A stretch of 45,668 bases of DNA, counting the filler, from Jimgerdemannia flammicorona (Eukaryota): the NCBI GenBank assembly GCA_003990765.1. It is 2 parts of 2 records of this genome, joined end to end, with 100 filler letters (N's around TTAATTAATTAA, not from the genome) between each part and the next. Parts side by side here need not be neighbours in the genome. Positions count along the whole stretch, not along the records: positions 1 to 22,785 come from RBNJ01001204.1; positions 22,886 to 45,668 come from RBNJ01001205.1. One strand, 5' to 3'. The notes below the pieces were generated by a model. It was not told where the DNA came from. It worked only from the letters and a program-made list of their open reading frames with translations, and made no database searches. The position numbers were made by a program, and so were the translations under genes. This document shows, piece after piece, positions 13,401-24,188 of the stretch; position 1 is the first letter of the stretch, and each line of letters starts with the position of its first letter.

Positions 13401-14080
13401 GGACACCACCGTACCTCAGTTGAATCCAAAACATTACCCCAGCATTCCACCACCAGAATCCAGTCAATTCTTGTACCAACCAAATTCTCACCAACTAGAT
13501 ACCACCTAGTAAATGGCCCTGACTTCTCACCTTGACATTGTCGTACTCCATCAACCAATCCCATTTCCTTCTCAACTTGCAGCTATCATGAGAGCCCTGT
13601 AGAAACCACCACGCCGACTCTACCATCAGACCTATCTAATGTCCTGTCATGAACCATGTTGAAGTCCCCTCCCAAAATGTCCAGCCCAATCTCCTCTCAG
13701 CCTTCCCAATCCAGCCAACCTTCTACCCATTGGTTTCGCTCTCTGCCAACCGCTGGCAGATACGCTGAGCCAACTACAAGCCCATTGCCTGCTCCTCCTT
13801 TCAGTCTCCCCCAGACCAATCGATTACCATACCTCGTGACCTCCTTCAGCTCTCCTCTCCTCAAGCCAACCAGAATGCCCACCTGCTTATTCCACCCTGT
13901 GCTACCATACCATTCCTTGCTCCACTCCTCATAATCTTGCTCCCCATAGGCCCAAATGTCCTGCAGAAATATCAAATCATACCTCCTGTTCTTCAGCCAC
14001 TGAAACAAATACCTTCGCTTCACTCCATCATGCAAACCATTGACATTCAGTGATAAAATACGTAGACTGTTCATCATCAT
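10445..14080 (-). pseudogene. LINE ORF2: APE endonuclease, reverse transcriptase, C-terminal Zn finger (stops and frameshifts)
   Basis: SLNVNGL, IFLQD, TRIDWILV, WSDH (endonuclease); NWRPIMLLNVDRK, QRGFVKGR, LDQEKAYDRV, PQGDPLSPLLY, AFVDD (RT); CEWC..EHVLAAC. Confidence 0.95.
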
Positions 14081-14089
14081 GAATTTAAA

Positions 14090-15975
14090 TGTTTAAATTT
14101 CCACCTGATTCGCCGCCACCTTCTCAGCCCTACTGCAAATAATAGCCTTCCGTTCCTCACAGATACCCCTCCAGATGCATACTCCATTCACCCCATTGCA
14201 AAAGACCACTACTCACTCTGCTGCTACCTTCCTGATTTCAGCCATACAGTTCTCATCAACCTCATATCCTTCATCATCCAGAAGAGCCGCCACCATTGCT
14301 GTCACCAACTTTGGCCCCTACAATGCCATGTTGAGAAACCCTTCCCAGGCCTCCTGCGATCCATTAAACATATCCACTTCCTTGATATCCTCCTCCATGA
14401 GTTCCTCGAGTACTGCCTGATACCAGTCATCTGCCGTCATCACCATGGGCCCTGGGGTGGCAGGCCTTGGAGTCCTGCTCAGCTCCTGCAGCATCTCTCT
14501 ATCTGCTGACACATCAGAAGTCACATCCACCAGATTGTCCTCCTCAGTGCCCTTCTCCAGCCGAACCACTTCGCCTGCCTCTGGGCATTCCCAATGCACA
14601 TTCGCCACTCCTGCCATGCGAACATCCTCCAACTGGGTCTCTGGTACCATCTCGACAACCTCCTCAAAGCCCCCAGTGGTTGCCTCCTCCTTATCTGCCC
14701 ACTTCCCTGTTACCGGTGCATGAGTAGAGTCTGCCACACCCCCTAGTTGTGAAAGGGACATCTCAGCCATCTCCACCTCTTCCATTTGACTTTTGGCCAT
14801 CTCTGCTTTTTCCTCCTCCTCCCTTTTCAAGCCCTGGAGGACTGTCTGCAGATGCTCCCAGTTTGCTCTTTACCACTTCTTCCTCTTCCCATCAGTCAGA
14901 ATCCAGATCCAATCCTTGGCAAACTTCTCCCATTTCCTCTTCCGCAATTCCTTCACAGCCTCTCTCTCCTCTAGGGCGACTAGCAATTCCTCCTCCTCCT
15001 GTTCCAAGTCCTTCCTTCTCCACACTTTGCACTCCTGCCCTCCGATGCGAACTACTTCTGGTCAGTCCCTCTCTTGTCCCATGGCCTCCTTGCCTTCCAG
15101 CCTCACCATCACCTCACAGTTGCCATTCCTCAACTTAGTCCCCTCCCAAAACATGAACCCGAAGTCAACCATCTCACCAAATGCCCCCAGTGCCTCTGCC
15201 ACCATTCTTTTGGTCTCCTGCCTCCCCAGTGTCAGCAGCCCTTCAATCACCAGTCGCACTGCCCGCAGGTCCCATCTCAGGCACCTTGCCATGCCAACCT
15301 TAATGCTCTTGATGACCAGCTCTTTCTCCAAGGCCTTCACCATCTCCTCCTCCTCGACGAATCCTATCTCAACCATCTCAGCTGATGGAATGAACTTCAG
15401 CGACTCTGCCCCTGCAATCTCCTCTTCAACTAGCCACAAGACCTCCCTCGCCGACATCCCCAGCCCCAGAAAATTCGCTGATATGGCCCACGTTGACACC
15501 GATTTGTGGAAGAAGGAACGCACCACCAGTTCACCAGATCTAGCTGCCATCGTCACCTTCTTCTTGTTCTCCGATACTCCAGCAGTCACCCCAGCCACCG
15601 GCCCAGCCCCAGGAATACCAGTCTCAGCCACACCACTTCCAGACCCCTGGCCTCTAGCAGGCACCTGACCAGTCACCTGACCCATCACCTGGCTGGTCAC
15701 CTGACTCCTACCCCTGTCAACACTATGCCCCCTCTGCCCTACCCCCATGGGCCTAGTAGCCACCCTCCTGCCCCCCATCACTGTGTGCCAACCCGCAATA
15801 CCAGCCTGCCTCCCATCACTGTGTGCTAACCCGCAATACCAGCCTGCCTCCCCTGACCACCTACTCCTCCTGCCCCTACACCTGCTCCAACTATCGCCGT
15901 GAAACTCTTGGGGAGACCCAGACCAGGCCTCCTTCTCTCCAAATACTCAGAGCTTGATGAACCCTGGGTTACCAT
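14090..15975 (-). pseudogene. LINE ORF1 (RRM-like region, charged coil, C-terminal helical domain), disrupted
   Basis: ATG at 15975, N-terminal KSFTAIV motif, ORF-track segments 15062-15781 and 14318-14830; homologous to ORF1 at 41335-43218. Confidence 0.75.
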
Positions 15976-16147
15976 CTGACGAAAACTCCACCAAAATAGA
16001 CGAGACTTGTTGTATGCTGTAGCTAGACTCCTGCTGCACCTTGTACACCAGAATAGATGATGGGAAAACTTGAGAATGTGTTGCTTGTCGCGAAAAGATG
16101 TCTGTGTGGCTTAGCTTGCTCTGAATGGTTCGAGCAAAAGGAGTCTC

Positions 16148-16215
16148 AAGAAGTAGAAGACTTCTGGCACCCTATCCTTCAGGACAACCCAGACCAATTC
16201 CTGCAAGGATTGATC
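16148..16215 (+). repeat. 68-bp fragment of the Gypsy B LTR ORF at the LINE 5' junction
   Basis: aagaagtagaagacttctggcaccctatccttcaggacaacccagaccaattcctgcaaggattgatc matches 35461-35528 (2 mismatches) and ~28317-28384. Confidence 0.95.
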
Positions 16216-17679
16216 CACTAGTGATGCTATCTAGAAGGTGTTGAGTTTGATATTATTACTGACCATCAATCTCTTAAGTATATCAACACCCAACTTATCC
16301 TATTATATCTATAAGTCAAGTAGAGCCTCAAGCTTCAAACCTTCAATCTGATGATCATCTATAAGCCTGGTAAAATACTTGTAGTATCAGATGCCTTATC
16401 AAGATGCCTTGACCTCACTACAATTATATAAGTCACCTTATTATCAGAATTTCTAGACTAAATCAGATAAGCTTATAAAGAAGACACAACTATTACTAGA
16501 GTTTTCTTAAATAAGCTCAAGGATATATATACTATTGAGAACAACCTGATCTATCATTAAGACTAAGTCTATTTATCTGAAAATATAAATCTATACTATA
16601 AGGTTTTGCAAGAACATTATAACTCTCCTTTTACTAGTTATCTTAGAATTGAGAAGACTGTCAAGAACATTTAATACTGCTACTATTGGCCAAGTATAGT
16701 CAAGGAACTCAAGAACTATATTACTAGCTATAATCTATATCAGTACAATAAGTCTACCAACCAAGTATCAGCTGGTTTGCTATAACTACTGTCAATCCCT
16801 ACTAAGAAATTTGAGTAAGTTACCATAGACTTTATAACTTAATGATCATAAACTCAATCTGGTACTGATGTTATTATTGCATTCATTGACCACCTAATCA
16901 AGACTATGGTTGCTGAACTAACTACTACCAACATTATTATACTCAAGATTACAAGTATCTTTTTCAAGTCTATTTTTTGTCACTATGACCTACTATAAGT
17001 AATTATTAGTAATTATAACTCCAAGTTCACTAGTTACTTCTGGCAAACTCTCTTCAAGACCCTGGAAACCCAATTGGCTATATCTACTACCTTTTACTCA
17101 CAAACTGATGAATAAACTGAGTATATGAACAGAACTCTAGAATAAATGCTTAGAAACTATATTTCTTATAAGTAAGATGATTGGGACCACTATCTGACTT
17201 ATGCAGAGTTTGTATATAATAACACTATCCAATCATCTACTGGTCTTTTCTCTTTTTAGCTACTCTATAGTCAAGATCTCAAGACTCCTGCAAGTCTATT
17301 CTCTTTCAAAAAAAGTAGTCAAATACAAGTTCCTACTACCAAGAGTCTTACAGACAAAATTCAGAAAGCTCAACAACATCAAGCCAAGTATACTGATAAG
17401 AAATATTATGATATCACTTATACTACTAGAGTTTAAGTTCTACTATCTACTGAGAATCTTAAGATATAATCTTAAGTCAATCACTCTTCAAATAAGTTTC
17501 AACCCAAGTATATTAGATCTTTTGAGATTACTGAATAAGTCTCTGCATTCTCTTACTACCTCAAGCTATCTGAAATCATGAGAGTATACTCAGTCTTTTA
17601 TATATCATACCTCAAGACCTAGAACTAGTTACTGCCTTACTCTAGTTGAATTCCTAAGCCATCTGCTCCTGTGATTATT

Positions 17680-17840
17680 GAAGACCATATTAAGTATGAA
17701 GCTGAGAAAATCCTTGACAAATAAATCCACTACTGCTGTTCTGAATACCTAGTCAAGTGGATGAATTATCCTGAATATGATACTATCTGGGAACTACTGG
17801 TCAACCTCAAGAACTCTCAAGACCTAGTTTAAGACTTCAA
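17680..17840 (+). pseudogene. Chromodomain at the integrase C-terminus of Gypsy C
   Basis: YEAEKILDK*IHYCCSEYLVKWMNYPEYDTIWELLVNLKNSQDLV matches the chromodomain pattern YEVEKI..YLVKWKGY..TWEP..NL. Confidence 0.88.
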
Positions 17841-20800
17841 GATAAAATGTATTACCCAATTCCTATAGTAACTTTCTTGAATTATTAATAATCTATAGCA
17901 ATGACCAGTATCTTATATATCAAAAGTTTACTTTAGAACTCTGGAACTAGCAGAATATTTAATAAATAAGAAGTTCACTGAAATAAAGCTACTAGCTGAG
18001 TTTGAATCTCTCTCAGTTAGTTAGTCTAGTAATAGACCCTCTGCCCTATATAAGAATAGCCAATCTCTATTAATATATTGATACAATTTTGAGAAATTTT
18101 GGTTAAGTATATCTAGTCTTATATTATTTAAGAACTCAATGAGGATATTAGTTCTTAAGGAGAGAGAGATATAACAATTTCACAGTTATATTTAGTCTTA
18201 GTATATTTTTGCATCTTTTAGTTAGTCTTTTCTTATTATTTCTTGAATATTCTACTATATTCTGCCACTTTCTACTTACTTAGAAATCTTCTCTTAGTAC
18301 TCAGATACTACTAGAATACTCTTGTCTTTCCTTGATACTAAGTATCTTGTCTTAACTAGATATAGAACTTTTTGGATCATTGTAGAATTGTATTAGTCAG
18401 CTTTGCCAAAAATCTATTTCTTGGTATTTCTCTTTCTTTCCAAAATCCTTCTAGACCTTTTTTTCAGATTATATATAAATATCCTTATTCTCTGCCTAAA
18501 TAAAGCTCAGAATATTTTCTCCCAGAAATTCTTTAAGAATACTTGAACCTTTAAGTATCTCTTTAAGCTACTTTAGACCAATTATATAGAACTTTCAGAT
18601 TTAACTGCTTTCTCTTAAAGAAACTAGAACTGTTATATAGATTGAGATATCACTGCTTATAAAGATAACAGATAATATAAATATTCTCAATACTATAACT
18701 ATTAAAAACAAATCAAACCTAAGAACAAAATAAACATTTTACTTGAAAAGATAATAATATTTCTAGTTATATTTATCCTAAAAGTATCAAAGAAAGTAAA
18801 ATAGTTTATCATATATATGATAAAATAAAAATACTTAAAAAAAGAATACTTAAATCTTAAGTTTCTAAGTTAGAAAAAACTATAACTATAAGAGTAGTTT
18901 TAAGAGCAAATACTAAAGACCATATATCACTTTATATCAAATATTATGCTGAAAACTTCAAAGAAATAACCAGATAAGAATAGTTAAATATTTTATCTAT
19001 ACTTCAAAATATCATCAAAAAAGTTGATAAGATATATATATAATCTAATAGGCTATAGAATTAGTATACTAATTGGGCCAATCAGTACTCAAATCTACTC
19101 TATTTTTATATATAAATAGTTTCTAAATATAAAAATAAATATAGAAGTATATATGTAAATTAGCAAAAATATAAAAAGTAAAGTAGTTCCTCCAGAAGTA
19201 ATTAAAGAAGCAAAAAACTGTTTTAAGTAACTAATAATAATAATATTATTATAGAAAAGAGTAAAGTGGCTGTAAGATTATATATATATTAAAATAAAAA
19301 ATATAACTATCTTACTAAAAATTACTTATTTAATAATATCAATACTATTGACTAAGAACTTAAGACCAAATTAGAGAAGTCTGTCAAGAACTTATATAAA
19401 AAATAGAATCTATATTACTAGCTAGTAGTTTTACTATCAAATGTGAACTTAATAAAAAAGCTATAAAAATATTGAGAAAAGAAGCTGAATTACCTTTAAA
19501 TTATAGCCAAACTTATTCTGTATTTGAATTTTTAATATTACTTTTTTCTAGATTTATGTTGAAAAAATAATGAAGACAATTTAGACTTAAAAAAGATAGT
19601 TAATTTCAAGATACATATAATAGAAGATAAAAGAATAGCAAAAAAAATCAGAAATTCTAAAACTTATTATATTATCTAAAAAGGAGATAAAGATTATTTA
19701 AAGTATAAAGTATAAAATATCTATCTCTTTTTACTTGTTTCAGAAAAAGAGATAAAAAGAAAAAATAATATTACTGAAGTATAAATTTAAATTAAGGATT
19801 TAGAAAAAAAAAACCAAATTATACTCCAGCAGAAGAATAAGAATTATAAATCAAAAAAGAAAAATTAGCTAAATTAGAAGCTCAAATAAATAGTAAGAAA
19901 TAAGCTAGTAATAAATTTCCTTAAATCAAATTAGGAGTAGTTTTAATTACTATTATGAGAATAGCTATTTATTTACTAGTTAAAGAATTTATTTATAATA
20001 AAAATAGAAAATAAAAGTTATATTATTTGAGACAAGTAATATCTTTGAATTTGTCTCAGATAAAGGAGTAGATATTATGATAAAGGTACTTCTGATATTT
20101 CAATTCAATAGAATAAGGCTTAAGTACTAGAAATAATAAAGTTTTAATTTTTTCTATAGCTTGAGAAGTTATAGATTTACTAGTCTTCAATAACTTGAAT
20201 TCTTGATAAGAACTACTTATAACTACTTAGACTTTGACTATATCAGAATCAATACTAGTAAAAAGAAAGTATTGAAATTTTTGTAGCCTAAGTAATTTTT
20301 TGAAATAGATTTCTAGATCTCTTATAATGTTATAATATTGGAAATCTTCATTACTATTATAATATCAAGCTTTATTTAATTTAGTAATATTAGATCTTTT
20401 TATTACATCAATAATATAATCTATATAGTCTACTATAGTTTTATATAATAAAGCCTTTGATCAGTCTAAAGCAATTATTACATTTGAATTTAATATAATT
20501 AGGAACCATAAAGTTCAATTTAATACTTTTATAATAATTAGTAATTACTAAGTATAGGTAAAATTAAAGAGTAGTATTATTTTTGTTTTATCTGTCTATA
20601 TTATCTTAAGTAATTTTTAAGTACTTTTCATCTTTATTCAATTGCTTAATTCTATTGAAAACTAGGCTAAGAATATTATTGAGACCCTTTTTAAATAGTT
20701 TATTCTTATTTAGTATATAATTAATTTACTTATATACTGCTTTATTTTAGATATCAACAAGTATACTTTATGAGTACTAATATAATACACTTTGTTAATC

Positions 20801-21409
20801 TGTTGATCTGAGTGAGATATATAGACATTTTGAGCTCAGTTATAACTATAATAAACAACTACATCAATACTATAGTAGGATATCTTACCTTCAATTAGTT
20901 AGTACTCTTAACAAATTAAATTAAATTAAATTTGATTCAATTCATTTAGAAGTACTATAATTAGTAAATAATTTTAATTAATAAGTTTTTATTATTTTTT
21001 TACTAGTTTAGAATTTTTATTATAATAGTTTCACTCTAATCTGACTTTAGATAAGTACTCTTTATATCTCTTTAATAAATCTTAAGTCTTTTTCTCTTTA
21101 TAGGCTTTAAATTATAAGTCATTCTATGAATATTGATAAGTATTGCATAAATTAGTTCAGATACTCATGATTTAGTCAGCTGATATTACAATTTGTGAAG
21201 AATATTATATTTGAGTATGTATAAAATACTATCTTCTTCTAGACTAGTTAAAAAATTATAGTAAACAGATTTATAGCTCATTTCTGTAGATAAAAAAATA
21301 ATTACTTAAGTAACTTGATTAATATTTCTAACCAGACTAGATAATCTATAAACTTTAGTATAATTTAAGAAATTTTTTTTTACTATAATAACTATATCTT
21401 TATCATAAC

Positions 21410-22582
21410 TACCCCTTTCTCTGCTATCTTACTAGCTACAATGGTTTGGTCGGTAACCTTTTGAGTCCACTTTCTACAATTATTACTCTCTCTACCTCAG
21501 GTTGGTTTGCTGTACCTATTGCAGAGTAGTGGGAGAGAGGCAATAGTGATGTGTTGCCCCTTTATTGGTATCAGATTGGTATCTTCTCTACTTTTTCACA
21601 GTTTCTAGTACCTTTAGCTATATCTGGAGTATATTCATTTTGGTGTGGCATCTTCTTCCTTTTGCTATTGCCAATAAGATACTATCTTGATATGTCTTGG
21701 GCTACATAGGGAGTCAGCCAATCTTGGGTATCAAGTGCTTAGTGTAGGCTACCTGTAGGTCCTCAGTATCTGTGGTGGGGCTCTCTGGCTTTGCGAGCTT
21801 CCCAGTGAGTACAATTCTAGTATAGATGACTGCTTTTCAGGTATTGTTAGGATAGGAGGGGAGATAGTCATTACAGATAGAAAGAAGGGTAATAATAGTC
21901 AACTAGTAGGGTGCCAGGCTGTGGGTGGTTGTCAGGGCTGAGACAGGTACTGCTTCAGTGGAGTCTTTTGATTGGTGTGGCATAGTTAGGTAGTAGGTAT
22001 TACTCTCAGCTTCTTTTGGCAATTTGGCAGATTGGGCTCCAGTCGTCAGAGGGAGTCAGGGGGCCCGAGGCTATCTATTTTAGGCATCTTGACTACACTC
22101 AACTAGAACTGAGAGCTGATATAACAATATAATCAAGGTCCATAGGCTTGAGTAGTGGGATATTGGGGGTCTCCTCTTGCCTTATATGTAAGTCCTTTAC
22201 TTACCTCGACTGAGAGAACTAGGCCTTATCTACTATATTGTACTTTAATGAGGGTTTTTCTTTACCTATCATTCTCTTTAAGGTAGTGGGGGCTATTCTA
22301 TTTAGCTTGGGTATTGCCTTATATATATATTGGGTTCTTGGGCATATGCTTTCAGTTGTTGGTATATATGTAGCTGGGTTTTCTCTAGTGGTAGAGAGAG
22401 CATAGTGTACAGAATGAGGTGCAGACCAATGTAGGCTCTACTGCACCTAGTATGATTGAGCTGCTGGACAATAACTAGCCTAGGTTAATAGGGGGGCAGT
22501 GCTTGATGGGTGGTAGGGGAGGGTTTTGGCCTATAGTCTAGATTCTCTTTTAATAAAAATCTGCAGAACATTGAGTCTGTTA

Positions 22583-22590
<8 letters not shown>
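21410..22590 (+). mobile_element. Second copy of the poly(A)-tailed LINE-like 3' fragment
   Basis: Inverted homolog of 1-975, extending ~190 bp further 5' (start approximate). AATAAA near 22552, poly(A) 22582-22591, then (AT)n. Confidence 0.6.
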
Positions 22591-22626
<36 letters not shown>

Positions 22627-22785
22627 TATTCTGTAATATAATGCAGCCAAATTTGACTGCAAAAAAATTTTAAATTTTTAAATTTTTTTTTGACTTAATA
22701 TTTATTATAAAATTATAAAAAAAATTGAAATTTTTTTTTGATAATTTCATTTTTTTTTATTTTCTTTTGATTTTTATAGTTTTTT

Positions 22786-22885
22786 NNNNNNNNNNNNNNN
22801 NNNNNNNNNNNNNNNNNNNNNNNNNNNNNTTAATTAATTAANNNNNNNNNNNNNNNNNNNNNNNNNNNNNNNNNNNNNNNNNNNN
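22786..22885. other. Assembly gap: 44 N + TTAATTAATTAA linker + 44 N
   Basis: Symmetric 100-bp spacer carrying stops in all six frames; scaffolding artefact. Confidence 0.97.
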
Positions 22886-23330
22886 TTCATAGTCATGCCA
22901 GAGGGTCATTCGTTCGGTAGTGTCTTTGAGCTGTTGGGTCATTATATACTGGTAGTTGATGAAGTGTCCAAGGTCCTCAGTGTAGAAGTTCAAGTGTTCG
23001 GAAGTATCTGGGTGCCAGATGGCCTTCTTGATAGCTTCAAAGATCAGGGTCTTTGGGCCAGGCAAAGGGGTAGAGTGGCAGGAGGTCTGGTTGGTTCGGC
23101 GAATGGGAGGCATTGTGTGGTGGGTACTTGGTTCTTTGGTGCCGATCTCTGAGGCAAAGCAGGGTTCCTTAAATAATGTGGTCTTCATTTTGGCTCGAAT
23201 CTTCTTGTCTCCTTTTGGGATGATCACCTAATGGATCAGGCTGTCTATTTGATTGTCACGCCATTATGTCGTCTGATCTTATAGTCACAGGGTACTCTGA
23301 ATTTGGACAGGGTCAATTGTAGATGTCACA
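22886..23330 (-). mobile_element. 5' part of an LTR from a third family, carrying a homolog of the Gypsy B LTR ORF; truncated by the gap
   Basis: Starts TGTGACA at 23330 beside an (AT)n run. ORF from ATG 23113 (MPPIRRTNQ..IFEAIKKAIW..LNFYTEDLGHFINY..TTERMTLWHDYE) aligns by eye with 27842-28080. Confidence 0.8.
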
Positions 23331-23727
23331 ATATATATATATATTCTTAAGCTTAATTTATAAATTGAATAGCTGAGATTTCAGATGAAATTGATTTAAT
23401 ATACATACTTACATATGATAATTATATAGAGTCTCTTATATCTCATGAGTTATTTTTATATATATTATGAACTTTGTTTATAAATTTGATATTATGAATA
23501 TGATTTTATATATGTAATACTTAGTAATTATTTATAGTATTATAATTTTAAATTTGTACTTATAGCTTTATACTCTACTAAGCCATATTCTTCTAGAAGA
23601 TTTAATATATAAAATACCCAAATAATATAATCTTTCTTATTGAAGATCAGAATAGATCTTATGGCTATGTTTAAACTAATAACTAGAACTATATTTTTAT
23701 TATTATAGTTATACTAGTAGTTATAAT

Positions 23728-24151
23728 TAGTGCTCTCAATGAATCGAATCAAATTGAATTTGGCCCAAACTCAATTCGATTTGATCAAATCAAGGGTCCA
23801 ATTCGATTTGATTCAAATTGAATCAAAGGTCCAATTTAATTTGAAGTTTGATTCGAACCTTAATTTTCAAAATGTAATAACTCGACTAAACCTCATCCAA
23901 ATTTAACATATTTTAGCTTGTTAGATTTACTGTATTAATGTAATTCTAACAAGCTAAAGTAAGTTAGATTTAGATGAGTTTACACTGAGTTATTGCATTT
24001 TGAAAATTAGGGTTTGAATCAGACCCTCAATTTGATTTGACTTTTGATTTGATTCAAATTGATTTGAATTGAAAAATCCCCAATTTGATTCGACTTGTTT
24101 AACCCTCAATTTGATTTGATTTGAATTGATTCGACTCATTTGGGAGCACTA
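23728..24151. mobile_element. hAT-type MITE, 424 bp, near-complete foldback
   Basis: TIRs TAGTGCTC..GAGCACTA. Exact 8-bp TSD GTTATAAT (23720-23727, 24152-24159). Subterminal TTCGA/TTTGA pentamers; internal inverted arms centred ~23935. Confidence 0.92.
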
Positions 24152-24188
24152 GTTATAATAGAGACTACTTCTATTATTACTAGAATAC

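Larger units (their letters stand above)
10289..16214 (-). mobile_element. Full-length L1/Tx1-like LINE inserted in Gypsy C RNase H
   Basis: Poly(T) 10288-10316. 18-bp TSD c(t/c)actagtgatgctatct at 10271-10288 and 16215-16232. ORF1 and ORF2 present. Confidence 0.96.
9833..18670 (+). mobile_element. Ty3/Gypsy chromovirus C (degenerate): RNase H, integrase, chromodomain, PPT, probable 3' LTR; hosts Gypsy A and a LINE
   Basis: KIEAIEE..SFLSLAGYY, TTDASNFAI, YLEGVEFDIITDHQSL (split by the LINE), integrase QTDE*TE motif. PPT AAGGAGAGAGAGA then TATAACA at 18170. LTR end ~18670 is tentative. Confidence 0.85.

Noticed and set aside
12756..15829. Long plus-strand Ser/Pro-rich ORFs (also 41233-43003)
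   Set aside because: Antisense shadows of G-rich LINE coding strands.
16115..16137. Hairpin TTGCTC..GAGCAA at the LINE 5' end as a possible ribozyme or RNA gene
   Set aside because: Single short stem; no HDV, hammerhead or tRNA fold could be built, and it is not shared with the other full-length LINE.
18671..21400. AT-rich tract that may be DNA-transposon or gene relics
   Set aside because: Too mutated to assign; only the MITE-like end at ~20912-20957 is recognisable.
22623..22785. Possible DNA-transposon end after (AT)n
   Set aside because: No partner terminus visible; runs into the gap.
22830..22841. Palindromic TTAATTAATTAA between N runs
   Set aside because: Artificial scaffolding linker.
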